Positions 24,729 to 36,910 of a stretch of DNA of 36,910 nt are shown one piece after another (positions within the stretch are counted from its first letter, which is position 1; the number at the start of each line of letters is the position of its first letter). Below the pieces are notes generated by a model. The model worked only from the letters and a program-made list of their open reading frames with translations, searched no databases and was not told where the DNA came from. The stretch is taken from NCBI GenBank assembly GCA_001642005.1, contig LWCA01000244.1, positions 1-36,910 on the forward strand. The letters are read 5' to 3'. A program made the position numbers and the translations under genes. The DNA comes from Intoshia linei. Lineage: Eukaryota > Animalia > Orthonectida.

Positions 24729-24912
24729 TTTAATAAAATATAAATTATTCAATATTTTCTACAACCGTTCACCTTTCATTGTCCAAGTTGGACAAATTGT
24801 CAATCAGAAAAGATAAATAACTTTATTGACTATAGATACCGTTTACTAGGCATTAAATTGATATTGTGTTTACACATTTATTTTCACTCAGTAAAATTTA
24901 TATCGTATAAAA

Positions 24913-26642
24913 ATGTCTAACAACGAGGAATATTCGTCTCATGTCCATCTATATAAAAACAACAAGAATGACCCATCAGTAAAATAAATCATATTACATA
25001 AAAAATGTTTTAGTCAATGAGAAGACGTAGAACACAAATGACAGTTCAGCTCAGAAAGGTAACGTTGAAATGATATTTTTAATGGAAAAATTAGAATCAA
25101 AGGGAAGAATCGTTGCTGAAAAAACGAAATATACCGTTGAGCAATGATAGTGACGAAGAAACGCTAATCGAGGGCAACTCGTTGGAACAGATTAAAGAAA
25201 TGGCCCAAAGTTCAGATTTTAATATACAATTGGCTGCAATTCAAGCAGTCAGGTAAATTTTGATATTTATAAAAAGTCAATTTATTTTAGAAAAATGTTA
25301 TCGTCTGAACGAAATCCACCTATTACTAAAATTATCGATATAGGAATGGTACCAATATTTATCAGCTGTTTGACAAGAGAAGATGCGTACATTTATCTTT
25401 GAATCATTTTTAATCTGGTTTAGACCCATTTTGCAATTTGAAGCTGCTTGGGCTTTAACAAATATCGCGTCAGGTTCTACTGAACAAACCAAATGCGTAG
25501 TTAACCAAGGTAGTTAATGTCGTATATAATTATAAAAAAATCGTAGGAGCCGTACCATACTTTATTAGATTATTAAATAGCAAACATCAAAATGTTTGTG
25601 AACAGTCTGTTTGGGCGTTGGGAAATATAATTGGTAATACTTGAAAATAATTTCTTTTATTTTATTGACACGTGAAATTAGGCGAGGGTGCTCAATTTCG
25701 TGATTTGGTTTTAGAACATGGATTGATGGATCCATTGTTAAAGTTATTAAAGAATGATATAGCCATCAATTTTTTACGTAATCTCACATGGGTATTTGTA
25801 AACTTGTGTAGACATAAGGATAAGCCTCCATCAGAAGAAATGGTATTACAGGTTTTGAATCCTTTGTACGCTCTTATTAATCATCCAGATATTAATGTAT
25901 GCATTATAATTTCATGTATATCAATTTTTAGGTGTCAGTAGATGCCATATGGGCAGTGGCTTATTTGACTGATGGTGGTTCTCATGTTGTAGATCTAATC
26001 ATTCAGAAAGATTTTATTCAAGCTCTAATATCTCTCTTGGATCGTCATGAAATTAGAGTGAAATTGGCTACATTGCGTACTATTGGAAATGTTGTAACTG
26101 GAACAGATGAACAAACGCAGATTGTCATAGACTGCGGGGTTTTTAACTATATTGATGCGCTTTTGGATAGTGGTAGAGTTAAAGTTATCAAGGAAACTCT
26201 TTGGTTTCTATCCAACATTACAGCTGGAAATCAAGATCAAGTTCAAAATGCTGTCGACTCAAAGTGTATTGAAAAAGTGATTCAACTACTTTCTCATAAA
26301 GATGTTGCAATCAAAAAAGAGGCGGCATGGGTTATTAGCAATTTAGCAATAAACGGATCAAAAGTAAATGTAGAATATATAATATCTTTACATATTGTAC
26401 CTCCATTGTGTGAATTACTCAATATCAATGACGTTGAATTGATTCGCGTTGTTTTAGATGCCATTAAAGCAATTTTGAAACATGAACCTGTCAGCATTGC
26501 TCTTCTTATAGAAGATTGTGGTGGTCTAGACGCAATTGAAACCTTGCAACATTCTAATAATGAAGACATATATATGCTCGTAACCAGTATTATACAACAA
26601 TACTTTTGTTATGATGAAGACGGTGAACAAGAATTAACATAA
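24913..26642 (+). CDS. KPNA3: Importin subunit alpha, alpha-3 subfamily (KPNA3/KPNA4-like); 8 exons, 487 aa
   Basis: Exons 24913-24978, 25014-25058, 25095-25252, 25291-25386, 25424-25509, 25547-25633, 25682-25896 and 25932-26642 are all GT-AG and in frame. IBB domain ([27 protein letters not shown]); ARM motifs [44 protein letters not shown] is typical of the alpha-3 group. Confidence 0.96.
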
Positions 26643-26999
26643 TTGATCACTACACTTTTTCTATTTTTAAATTTTCAAATTTTTGTACATTTTTTATCAT
26701 GTAAATTTCTTTTAATAGTAGTGTCAATTTTCCAAATGTTACAATAAATTTTATGAAAATTTGTTCATGTCATTATCTTGGTTTGTTAATTTATCGGTTT
26801 AACTTAACGGTTTAAAATTTTGTTAAATTATGTACTCAAAGTAAAGTCTGTAAAAAGTAATCATAACTCATCCATACCGAGCATACATTTTTTCACCATA
26901 CCCATAACGTTTAATTTTTGAGATACTATACTTTATAATAGGCTTTGAAATGGTGTCGTCACAAGTGTACCAATAACCCAAATATATTTTTTATTTTCA

Positions 27000-28270
27000 T
27001 AGACCTAAACAAGTATTATGTAGAAATTTATGTATTACGCTAAAAAAAATTAAATTAATTGTATAGTATATATTTTATACTTACTAGTAGTCAGTCACTA
27101 CATTATATCTTTCAGAGAGGTTGCTTATGAACCATAAGTTATAGTTGGCATGGTATTTTAAGGAAATTTCTTTGAACTAAAATTGAGTAAGTTATATGTA
27201 CTTCCTTGTAATTTTTATAATATAATTTAGTATTCTTGTCTTGTCATCATTTATGTGTATTTTGTCACCTTCAAATTAAGGATGTTTTTACAGTTATTTT
27301 GTCCAAATTTCATTATTATTTTATTTGATAAACCTATAATTCAAGTTCTAAGTCTTTTCGCCAGAACCATACCTATCGAGCTTGAGGCCAATATGACAAA
27401 TAATTTTCGAAAACAATGCATAGTGTCAGACTCCGGAGCTCTAGAAATTTTAAATTTATTACAAAAATTTGATCTGGGGTAGGTTCGCCACTAACATTAA
27501 TCAATTAGCATTGTATAGAAAATATAAATGCATCTAATATTTTGTATGTCATCAATGATGGATCATTATATAGAAGAGAACAGCTCAGTACGAATTAGTG
27601 TAAGTTCTTGTAATTTAAATAATAGAAAAAATAATAATCTTCTGTTATTCACTGCTTGGAATCAACTTATTGTTTCATCATTTGATTATCAATCGATAGA
27701 AATGGAATTAAATAAGGTTACATATTTTGATTTTAATGGACCAAGTATTAATATAAGTACACAGGTTATTATTGACAATAATATGATTAAAAATCTTTTA
27801 ATTTAATTTTGAAAAATGAAAATTTTACACTATTGGTTTATATTCAAGCGGTTCAATTTTTTTTATTAAAGTTTCCGTATAATGAAATTTCATTACTGAA
27901 ATGAGTTCATTTTTTCATCAAATTTTTTAGTTAGTCAAAAACATAAATGTAATTTATAATTTGTAACAGTCAGCTAAAAAAATCACCAACCCAAATTAAT
28001 CACTGATAAATAAAATTGTTACATGGTATACTAAATTTGTTTAATACATGTTATTTATGAGTGATTCAATAATTCCTAAATTTTCAACTATGCAGGTTCC
28101 GATGCGATTCCAAATAATTTTCAATTATACTATTTTTGTGAGTTTTATTTATGTTGTAACTAGAAAAATAATGAAAGATTTATAGACGAATTTATAGAAC
28201 TATGAAATAAACGACTAGAAACATAATAAAAATGCTTAAAACCTTCAAAAATTATATTATGATGATAAAT
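27000..28270 (+). pseudogene. Possible decayed intron-containing gene of unknown product
   Basis: Several short coding-like frames (ORFs 27255..27482 and 27528..27806) bounded by plausible splice sites but interrupted by stops. I could not build a continuous model. Confidence 0.25.
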
Positions 28271-29199
28271 GAATATCAGAAACAAAATTTTTAAATTATA
28301 ATGTGAAAACATAAGCTTTTCACCAGTTGCACCAATCATTCTATTTCGTTTTGGGGAACAGCTAGAACTTCCAACCCTGGAAATTATTTAGCTTTAAGTT
28401 TAAAAAAATTTGGTATTTTACGATTCCGATTCCTACAAAAAGAGCGATTTTCAATTCCTTATAATTGTCGCATCATTATTACATTGTATTTACCAATAAT
28501 TTTAATGATCATAAATTATGCTAAATTGAAATCGATAAAATGATAAATTAAAATTTGCTACTTGAAACGGAAAAATTGATAAATTAGAAATTTTAATTTA
28601 TGATAAATTGAATCCAATTGATAACATTTCATACACAACAATTGAAATATAAATTAAAAAAAAAAACAAAATTGTCACGATGTTGTTATACGATTGTATT
28701 TTTATTATTTGTAAATAACTGAAAATCAAATGACCTGAATTCAAAAACAAAAGAGATTTTGATTTATAATTTATAACGGTCATTATTTCTTGAAATGACT
28801 AAACAATTGGAGTAATTTACATTGTTTATTATTATTAATTAGATTTGAATACAGATTAAATTTAACAAGTATGAATTATTTATCAATGGGTGATTATTTG
28901 ACAATAAAATGTCACAACTTTATCAATTAATTATGAGATTATAAAAATTCAAAGTTTTACAGTTAATAAATTTATACAAAAATAGTTTATAAAAACTGCA
29001 GTTATGAGTCATACCTTATGACATGTATTTTAATCGTGCCAATTTATTAGTACGAAAAATTAACACCTTATAAATTATAACATAAGTATAATTATTAAAA
29101 TATATAATATACATAATATATAATAATAATATATAATACATTTTAAAATCACTATATTTAAAACAAAATCGAGTCAAATACAGAAAACATTCAATTAAA

Positions 29200-29515
29200 T
29201 GCGCGCCATGAATTATACACAGGTAATATTATATATGCCTACAAAAATAAACAATGTGCACAATTTTAATAAAAATCATGGTTATTAGTAATTCTAAATG
29301 AAAAAGTGATAATGATTGGCAATAATGATATTGATAATGACAAATTATTAACGCACAATTTTTTGCGCCAATAATTATACACAGGTAATATGTCTAAAAA
29401 AATAAATGTTATGAACAATTTTAATAAAAATCATGGTTATTAGTAAAAATATATGAAAATATATTAACGCACAATTTATTGCGCGATTAATATTTTTTGG
29501 ATGACAGGTAATATT
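29200..29515 (+). repeat. Degenerate tandem duplication, 2-3 units of ~120-160 bp
   Basis: aattatacacaggtaatat, acaattttaataaaaatcatggttattagta and attaacgcacaattt each occur twice. Confidence 0.8.
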
Positions 29516-30101
29516 TAAGAATTTAAACATTGTGACAAATTACATTTTTATATATTGTGCAATAGAGATGTTAAATTTGCAGGAAATGGTTTGAAAATCA
29601 ATATGAAAATATGGTAATATTACATGTAATTAAATAAAAATAATATTTTATACACGAGTTTTGAAATTCATGAATAACAAATTATAGAATAAAATTTATT
29701 GATTATTTAATGGCATACAGTGTATGATAGCGTCGTATTTAAGTTAAATTTTAGCAGCGCATTTATATGACAATAAAAATAGCTGCGGTGAATAAAACAA
29801 TACTTGTATTATAACTAATACCATTCACAATTGTGAATCACAAGTGCCAATTTTTGATACATACCTCAAATTGTTGCACACAGAGTCAAGCCTGGATAGT
29901 TAAGATTAAAATATCTTTGACAACAAAAATAGAGCCAAGCCAAACAAAAGAAATATGGCAACAATTTTGATAATACCATTATGAGATTATTCAAATTACA
30001 AAGTGCATTATCCATACTATTCCATATTTATTTGCAACTGACACAAATTGATAACCAAGTTACACATTTTAGGTTACGTTTTTAACCATAAAAGTTGAAA
30101 A

Positions 30102-33100
30102 ATGAACGGCATTTATGAACATATTTCTTTAAAAATATTCACATTTTGTGTATTCCTTTTAATTTATTTTAATCCAATCATTTGCCAAGATATACAAGAT
30201 AAACCTCAAAATTCCGCAACTTATGAAGGAGGAAGCACAACTTTTAATTGTAACGGAAACTTTCAAGATAACGTTCAAGCTTGGAATTTTAAATCATTTT
30301 TAAAAAACTATACAGAATTTGATCGATTAACACAAAATTCAAACAAGGATATTAACCAATATTCAATATCATTTATCAATAAAGATAATTCTGGAATTTA
30401 TCAATGTTTTGATGCTATAAGAGATGTTAGATACAATTCATTTTTAACAATTTTAGGTATTAATAAATGTATGGTATATCAAGGTGAACAAGAATCTGAA
30501 TCGAGAAATTTGGAATCAAATGTGGTTACAAATTTTAAATGTTCGATTGAATATATGGGTTTTGTTGCACCAAGTATTGATATTGACACAAAGGGTATTA
30601 TTGACAATAATATGATTAAAACTATGAATGTTGAACATCCTACAAAAATGCATTGGCGAATTTTAATTAAATATGCTGAATTTAAAACTTCATCTAATCA
30701 TCATCGTCAATCTTTTAAGTGTCAATTTAATTTTAATCATTTTCATAATAATTTTGACAAAAAAAACGAACAGGTGAACGTTGAATGGAGCGAATACATT
30801 CCTGATTTTACAGACCAGTGTGAATCTGTCATGACAGTTTATTATGGACCAGAAAATACAATTATCGTTATTCCTTCAACTCAACAAGAGGATGGAATGT
30901 ATACGTTAAATGTTGGTGATACTATCAAATGTCAAAGCAATGGTTATCCTGAGCCATCTTATAAATGGATCCCTTTTAATACAAATTTAAAATCAAGTCA
31001 TGGAAAAGTTTTAACAATCAGTGCAGATATGAGTGGTCATCAAAAAATTAAATGCAGTGCTAGTCGTGATGGACTGGAGGCTTCTAGTGATTTTATTACT
31101 ATTAACGTAGTTGGTAACATTTTATTTATATACAGTTGGATCAGATTGTGATTTTTTACCATTGTTATACTGATCCATATATTCAGTGATTTTTAATTTT
31201 TATTACTAAGTAAATTAATAAACATATTTTTTTAATATGCCCAAATTGAAGGGGTAAATATACAATTTTTTTCACATGATGGTAATCGACCTTTGATTCT
31301 CTTTAAAATATACAATTAAGCAATTCCTTTATATATTTAATAGGTAAAGCATCCGTTCTATTTGCAGACGAAGGAATGGGAACTGGTGGTATTGCCGGAT
31401 TAATAATTGGAATAGTGTTAGTCTTATTAATTATCGTTATTGTTGTTGTCGTTTTAATCCGTCGAAGAATGAAAATGAATAAAAGAAAACGAAATTTAAG
31501 TAAGTTATTTTATATTTTACGATAATTTTTTTGAAAATAATGCATGATGTCAGAACAATGATTCCCATCGCGGTCCATGTGACCTAGAAAAATGTTGGTG
31601 GTCATTATAGAGCAGGGGTCTGCAACCAGTGACCCGCTGAATAATTTTGGAGGCCCTTTGATTAAATATGTAAATTATTTATTTTTCAACTTTTAAACAC
31701 CTCTTTAAACATTTTCTACTATAATTGGCTTATTATAATCATTTTAATACTGAATTTTCAAATCGCTCTGGATTGTATTTTGTTGAATATACTAGAGCCG
31801 TTTCTGTTCAGTTAAAATTGAAATTTATCATGTGTAAACTTTCAAAAACGGGCCCGTGGAATTTGTTTGATATAAAAAAGTGACCCACAAGATGCAAAAG
31901 GTTACCGGCCCCTGTTATAGAGCTTCAATATATTATTTAAAATATATCCATTTTTATTATTTATTGTTAAAACTTTTTATTACGCGGAGCAACAAAATGA
32001 ACATTTTTTCGAGATAATTGGATAATTTTAATTTTTTATTGATCTACGGAGTATAAGGAGTTGAATGATATATAATTATAATATTACATTTTTACAGGTC
32101 GTTAAACTCACATTATATTTACATGAAAAGGGCATATTTTGATCAAAAAAAAGTTCTGTGGAACTATAAATAAATGTAGGTAAAATCTGATTTTTAAAAA
32201 AAATTTTCGTTAATTTATGGGTTATTCCGCGTTGAATTTTTGATACTATAATGTTATGTTTGTATCAGTCAGTTGTAATCATTAAAATGACCATTCAAAT
32301 TTGTTTTTTTTGAGATAACTTAATAAAATTAAAAAATATTGAAGGTTATTAATTAGTTACCTTTTACACTTAACTGGTCGGTTGGGTCAGATCAGCCCCA
32401 TAGATAATTTTTCATTTTAAAATATGAAAATTAAGAAATACATTAAAATAATGTCGGATAAACATTCAATGAAAAACAAATCGCTGGAATAGTTATATTT
32501 TATATAATTTAAAACAAGTAATTTAAATGCAGATTATTATTTTACAGATATCCACCATAAAAAATCTTACAGATGTTTAACGAGATCATTGCCTTTTTAG
32601 CAGTTCAAGATTTCAAATTTGTTCAGATGGAACCATCATATCACATTACTTTTTACTTTAAAGTGAATTATTCCATCTTAATTTTTTGTTTGTTAACATT
32701 TGTGTAAAAGAATTTTAAAAACAAAATTGTTATCCCTCTTTTTCAATTTATTAAACAGAATGTGTGTATAATATTAAAAATAAAATAAAAAATTTTTTGT
32801 GTGTTAACAGGATAAAACTGTACCACCTGTAAATTTTTTTAAATTCTAGGGCTGTTTTCATTAAAAAAAGAAGGGTAATTTGTGGTTTTGGCCCTGAAGA
32901 TATAATTTTTTTAAATTCTTCAAAATGGTTGATTTTTAAAAAAAGGACAATTGGGGTTTTTGATCCGTATGATGTGAGTTTGGAAGGTTGAAATTTATCT
33001 TATTATATGTCCATGAAAAAAACTGTAAGTGAAATGTGGACTTTATAAAATTCTAAGACTGGTAATTATTTCAATAAAGTGGAATTAGTAAACGTACAAA

Positions 33101-33816
33101 AGCTTGTTATAACCATTTTGAGGAGATTTGTAAAAATTAAGAAATTGTTTATTTTGTAATAGACTCTACCAAAGCCGAATTTACCGCATCTAAACCACCA
33201 AATAAATTGTCCATTATCTGTAATTGATGGGTAATGTTGAACGGAATTTTTGTAAAATGAAACGTCATTTTTTCCAACTGAGAATTTAAAAAAATCATAG
33301 CTGTGGTTTTTGTGTTAAATTTGAACTGTCAAATCTAACTCGTGGAGAGGTGGCTACTAGCTAGGCCCTAAGCTGGGGTTAAATATCATTATGCATCATT
33401 TTTAAAAAATTTAAATTTACAATGTAAATGTTTTTATAGTAATTTATTAACTTTTATTTTGAAAACTGAATAATGTAAATGTTTAGATATTTATGATGAC
33501 GAAACTAGTGAATTGGATAAAACGTATGAAAATTATTTTGATAAAAATAAATTTTAAATATAGAAATGATGAAAAACCCAACAAAGCAAAAGTTATGGTG
33601 TTTCCCAATAGTTCTAGACCATTTTCATATACACCACAAGGAATTCCTGAAATTCCGGCTGCGGTAATATATTGAATATTATTAGTACATCATATTTAGT
33701 TTGCTAATTTAAATCAAAAACACAACAGCGTTACAGTTGATGATACGCCTAGAAGTAGAAAACCAATAAACTCATTTCATACGAGCGAATTTGAAAACGA
33801 TCCAAATGCCGTTTAA
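30102..33816 (+). CDS. Type I membrane protein with signal peptide and three Ig-like domains (cell adhesion molecule/receptor); 6 exons, ~492 aa
   Basis: Exons 30102-31113, 31344-31499, 33163-33219, 33487-33523, 33564-33663 and 33700-33816 are GT-AG and phase-compatible. Cys pairs TFNC..DNSGIYQC, FKC..SFKC and IKCQSNGYPEPSYKW..IKC; TM GGIAGLIIGIVLVLLIIVIVVVVLI followed by RRR; tail ends DPNAV*. Exon 3 is frame-neutral and the least certain. Confidence 0.9.
31613..31914. mobile_element. hAT (Buster/Charlie-type) MITE, 302 bp, in intron 2 of the Ig gene
   Basis: TIRs caggggtctgcaacc and ggttaccggcccctg; perfect 8-bp TSD ttatagag at 31605..31612 and 31915..31922. Confidence 0.93.
32620..33078 (-). 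mobile_element. Helitron-like family copy (internally deleted) in intron 2 of the Ig gene
   Basis: 32790..33078 matches 19695..20045 and 32660..32790 matches 18845..18950. Confidence 0.8.
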
Positions 33817-34907
33817 AATTGAAATTTTCATTTAATCACTTAATATCAAAACACTTGATTTGTATAAACATTCCAATACATTTATTTAACATTTTATTTT
33901 TATTTTTACGTTAAATGTGCAATATTATTAGCAGATTATGATATTTATAACCTTGTTTTAATTTTTCTGTTGATTTTAAACGTTTTAATGTACTACTAAA
34001 TCAGTTTGAATTTACGTTTTCCATCATTTACTAATTAGACTCATTAGTAGTAAAATGAAAAAATTCAAATTTATTTAAACATGAATAAAACCTAAAAAAA
34101 TCTTTATGTAAATTACATTTTTAAAGAATGAGTCATTCTTCATTCATTTTGAATAACAAACACTGTAATGGTAGTTTATTGAATTATAAATATTCATTGT
34201 TTATTTTAGAATATACATGGGTGAATTATCTGTATTTTTTATTGCATTCGACAGCTTTAAAATTGTAATGTTTTTAGAGGGTTAATTTATATTATTTAGA
34301 TAATTACTATTGCAATATGTATTGTCAGTTATATTTGCGATGTTAAAGATTTGAGAAGAGCTGGAACGTAAATTATTTCAATACCATATCAATTCAATGT
34401 ACAAAATTTCGTATTAATCTGACATATTGTATAAATTGTTCTTGATATATTATATCAGTCGTCACCAAACTTTTTTTTCACCCTGAGGCAATAAAAAATC
34501 TACAGACTTAATTGGGTGGACCCATTTTGCCGATAACTAAATTTTATATAACATAATTAATACAATTAGGGCACCAAAAGTAATTCTGTACAGTTGACAA
34601 TGTAAAATGTACATTTTCATCTGTAAAAAATAGAAATAATTAAACTATAGTAAACATACTTTATATGTTATATGTAGTATAATTGCAGCTTTTCGATATT
34701 TCGACAGTTTCATTTCCCTAATTTCCTGTATAATATCTTCATTTATTGTTATTTAGAGTTCTAGGAGTTTTAGGGTTGCTTGGTGCATTGTTGTGTTTAT
34801 ATATGTCTGTTTATCAATATAAAAAACGTTGGATGAAAATGGGCGTAATTTTATTATAAAATTTTTTTCTTATCAGCGAAATCTTATTTTTGATTCTATC
34901 GTCTATA

Positions 34908-35159
34908 CAGGAGTGCACAACCTGCGGTCCATGTGGGTAATCCATGTGATTATAATGCAATATATCATTTTACTTTACATTGCAAAGTTTAAATTAGATT
35001 TCATTCAATATTTGTATCAAAAAGTTACATTTTTGACTTTGGCAACTTTCTTATAATGGATTTAAACCATCTCAGTGTCATAATAAATTTTGTGCGGCTG
35101 TAGTATCAATGAGTAAATTAGCTTTGTGGCTGAAGTGGTAGAAAAATTGTACACCCCTA
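34908..35159. mobile_element. hAT-type MITE, ~250 bp
   Basis: Ends caggagtgcacaa and ttgtacaccccta are imperfect inverted repeats. gtcta is present on both flanks (degenerate TSD). Confidence 0.6.
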
Positions 35160-35569
35160 GTCTAATTCAATATACAGTTAGGTATCTCAAGCCGCACTAT
35201 ATTTTTATTTTATAAAAACTAACATGAATAATTATTTTTGTATACATGATATAAACCAGAATCATTATGGATTATGCGTCCAATTAATCACCCAATACAA
35301 AGTACAGATTATAAAATCATACTATGAATAATGCTTTAGATAAGATACCGTAGATACGCTTATTTTAACTCACAAGTTGATTTGAGATAATGACAGTGAG
35401 CTGTACATTTAAAAAATCACAATTGTTTACTTTATATGCCAAAATGATACTAAATTGCGTCTAGTCAAACAATTTTAATTAAATGTAAAATAAAATAATT
35501 TGCAAAAGATTTGAGTATAGACGTTTTTACAAATTGAAAAGTTTAAGTTTTAAAAACTTTTAAACTTTA

Positions 35570-35806
35570 AATTGCGTAGGAATGAATTATATTATTAATT
35601 AGATTTTCACCTATATTTCTTTATTGGAAATGTGTAGATGTTCAATGCACATTTTTTTTGAAATTGTAGATTTACATTTTCAATTTTTGATTTTTAATTG
35701 ATTTATTTGAAAAATATTGGTTGAATATATTAAAAGTATTTTTCACCCGGGAATGCGTAGATTTCTCGGGTTGAACTTTTGTATTTATATCAACTGGAAT
35801 AAGCTC
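35570..35806 (-). mobile_element. Helitron-like family fragment truncated by the LTR retrotransposon
   Basis: Matches 19270..19555 and 16860..16933. Similarity stops at ggaataagctc(t), where the putative LTR starts. Confidence 0.8.
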
Positions 35807-35914
35807 TGTAGTGCAATAACAACATATCTTTATTTAATACTCTATTATCGTTATCGCACTAGAACATACACTCAAGATTATTTTAAACTTGTGATTAAAC
35901 TTATAAACACTACA
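35807..35914 (+). repeat. Putative short 5' LTR (~108 bp)
   Basis: Starts TGTAGTG and ends CACTACA (7-bp inverted termini, TG...CA), just upstream of gag. The end could instead be the CA near 35934. The 3' LTR is outside the window. Confidence 0.55.
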
Positions 35915-36910
35915 AAATAATCTTGCTTTCTTTCAAGTTGCGCGAGAATAGATAAAATGATAAATAAACCAAAAGAAATTTTAAACCAAAAAGGCGATCT
36001 TGTTGTTGATCCCGATTTATGGATACAAAATTTTGATGACTATGTTGATATAATGTTCTCTCATCATCCAGATAGATTAAAGGATGATTTAAGAGCGAAA
36101 ATAATGAGAAACCTAGCTGGTGAAATAGCTATGGGTCGATTCTGTACTGATTTGAATAAAAATATCACTGGCACAAATGAAATTGATGATTTAATCTTGG
36201 AAAAATATTAATGCTGATTCAGAAAAATTTAAATTTAGAATATTAAAACGTTTTTAAGACGAAAGTTTAACTACTTTCTTTTATCGTTTAAAACGTTGCG
36301 CAAAAAATTGTAATTTTTCTTAAATTGATGATAATATACGTGATCAACTAATCTATGGACGTAATAATCAAAAATTACTTAAAAAACTTTAAGAGAATAA
36401 AGAATCTTTATCAAAAATAACTCTGTTTTGTAAAACTTATGACATGATTGATGAATCCTTATAATTGATGAAATGTGAATCATCGAAATCAAAATTCGAT
36501 AATAATTCTCCTCAAATAAGGAATAAACCTTTTAAATGTTTTGGATGTGGTGACCAATGTAAAAATAGAAAAAAAGAGTGTTCTGCTTGGCATGATAAAT
36601 GTATTAAGGGCAATAAATATTCTCATTTCGAGCGGTTTTGTCCTACAGTGAACAATTTGAATAATTCCGATGATATTTTTTCTGCCACTTTGCGAATGAA
36701 AATTACCGATGAAAATGAGGTAAACGTTAATTTTCTACTAGACACAGGTTCCGCCATTAACACAATAAATGCTAATTTTTTAAAAACATTAATTAAAATT
36801 CCAAAAATATATCAATTTGATAAAACTATCTATAACTATGTAGGCAAATTAACGAATTTGGGTTTTGTTAATCTATATTTACCTGATTTTGGAAGATCAG
36901 AAAAATTTGT
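35807..36910 (+). mobile_element. Decayed Ty3/Gypsy LTR retrotransposon (gag, zinc knuckles, aspartic protease), continues past the right edge
   Basis: gag starts at 35957, followed by DESLTTFFYRLKRCAKNCNF and DDNIRDQLIYG, two degenerate knuckles CFGCGDQC...CSAWHDKCIKGNKYSHFERFC, and the protease motif VNFLLDTGSAINTI near 36725..36770. Multiple in-frame stops. Confidence 0.92.

Noticed and set aside
25298-26569. Minus-strand ORFs 25298..25492 and 26294..26569
   Set aside because: Antisense shadows of importin alpha exons.
33493-33675. Stand-alone 60-aa ORF
   Set aside because: It is a read-through of intron 4 and exon 5 of the Ig gene.

Overview
AT-rich animal (eukaryotic) genomic DNA with GT-AG introns, many only 35-49 bp long. 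This pattern fits a compact invertebrate genome such as the orthonectid Intoshia, but that assignment is inference only. Gene models assembled by hand: the first two exons of cytosolic glycerol-3-phosphate dehydrogenase (minus strand, runs off the left edge); an intronless, divergent TALE-class homeobox gene; a head-to-head pair of small paralogous membrane-protein genes with CD225/dispanin-like topology that the ORF track shows only in part; an 8-exon importin alpha-3; and a 6-exon type I membrane protein with three Ig domains. The rest is mostly transposon debris: hAT elements and MITEs (two with clear 8-bp TSDs), four hAT dimerisation-domain relics, a pogo/Tigger-like MITE, many fragments of a non-autonomous Helitron-like family, 29-bp minisatellite arrays (one arranged as a foldback), and a decayed Ty3/Gypsy element at the right edge. 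I found no rRNA, tRNA or CRISPR array, and no clear-cut novel system. The best candidates for follow-up are the dispanin-like gene pair and the TALE gene.
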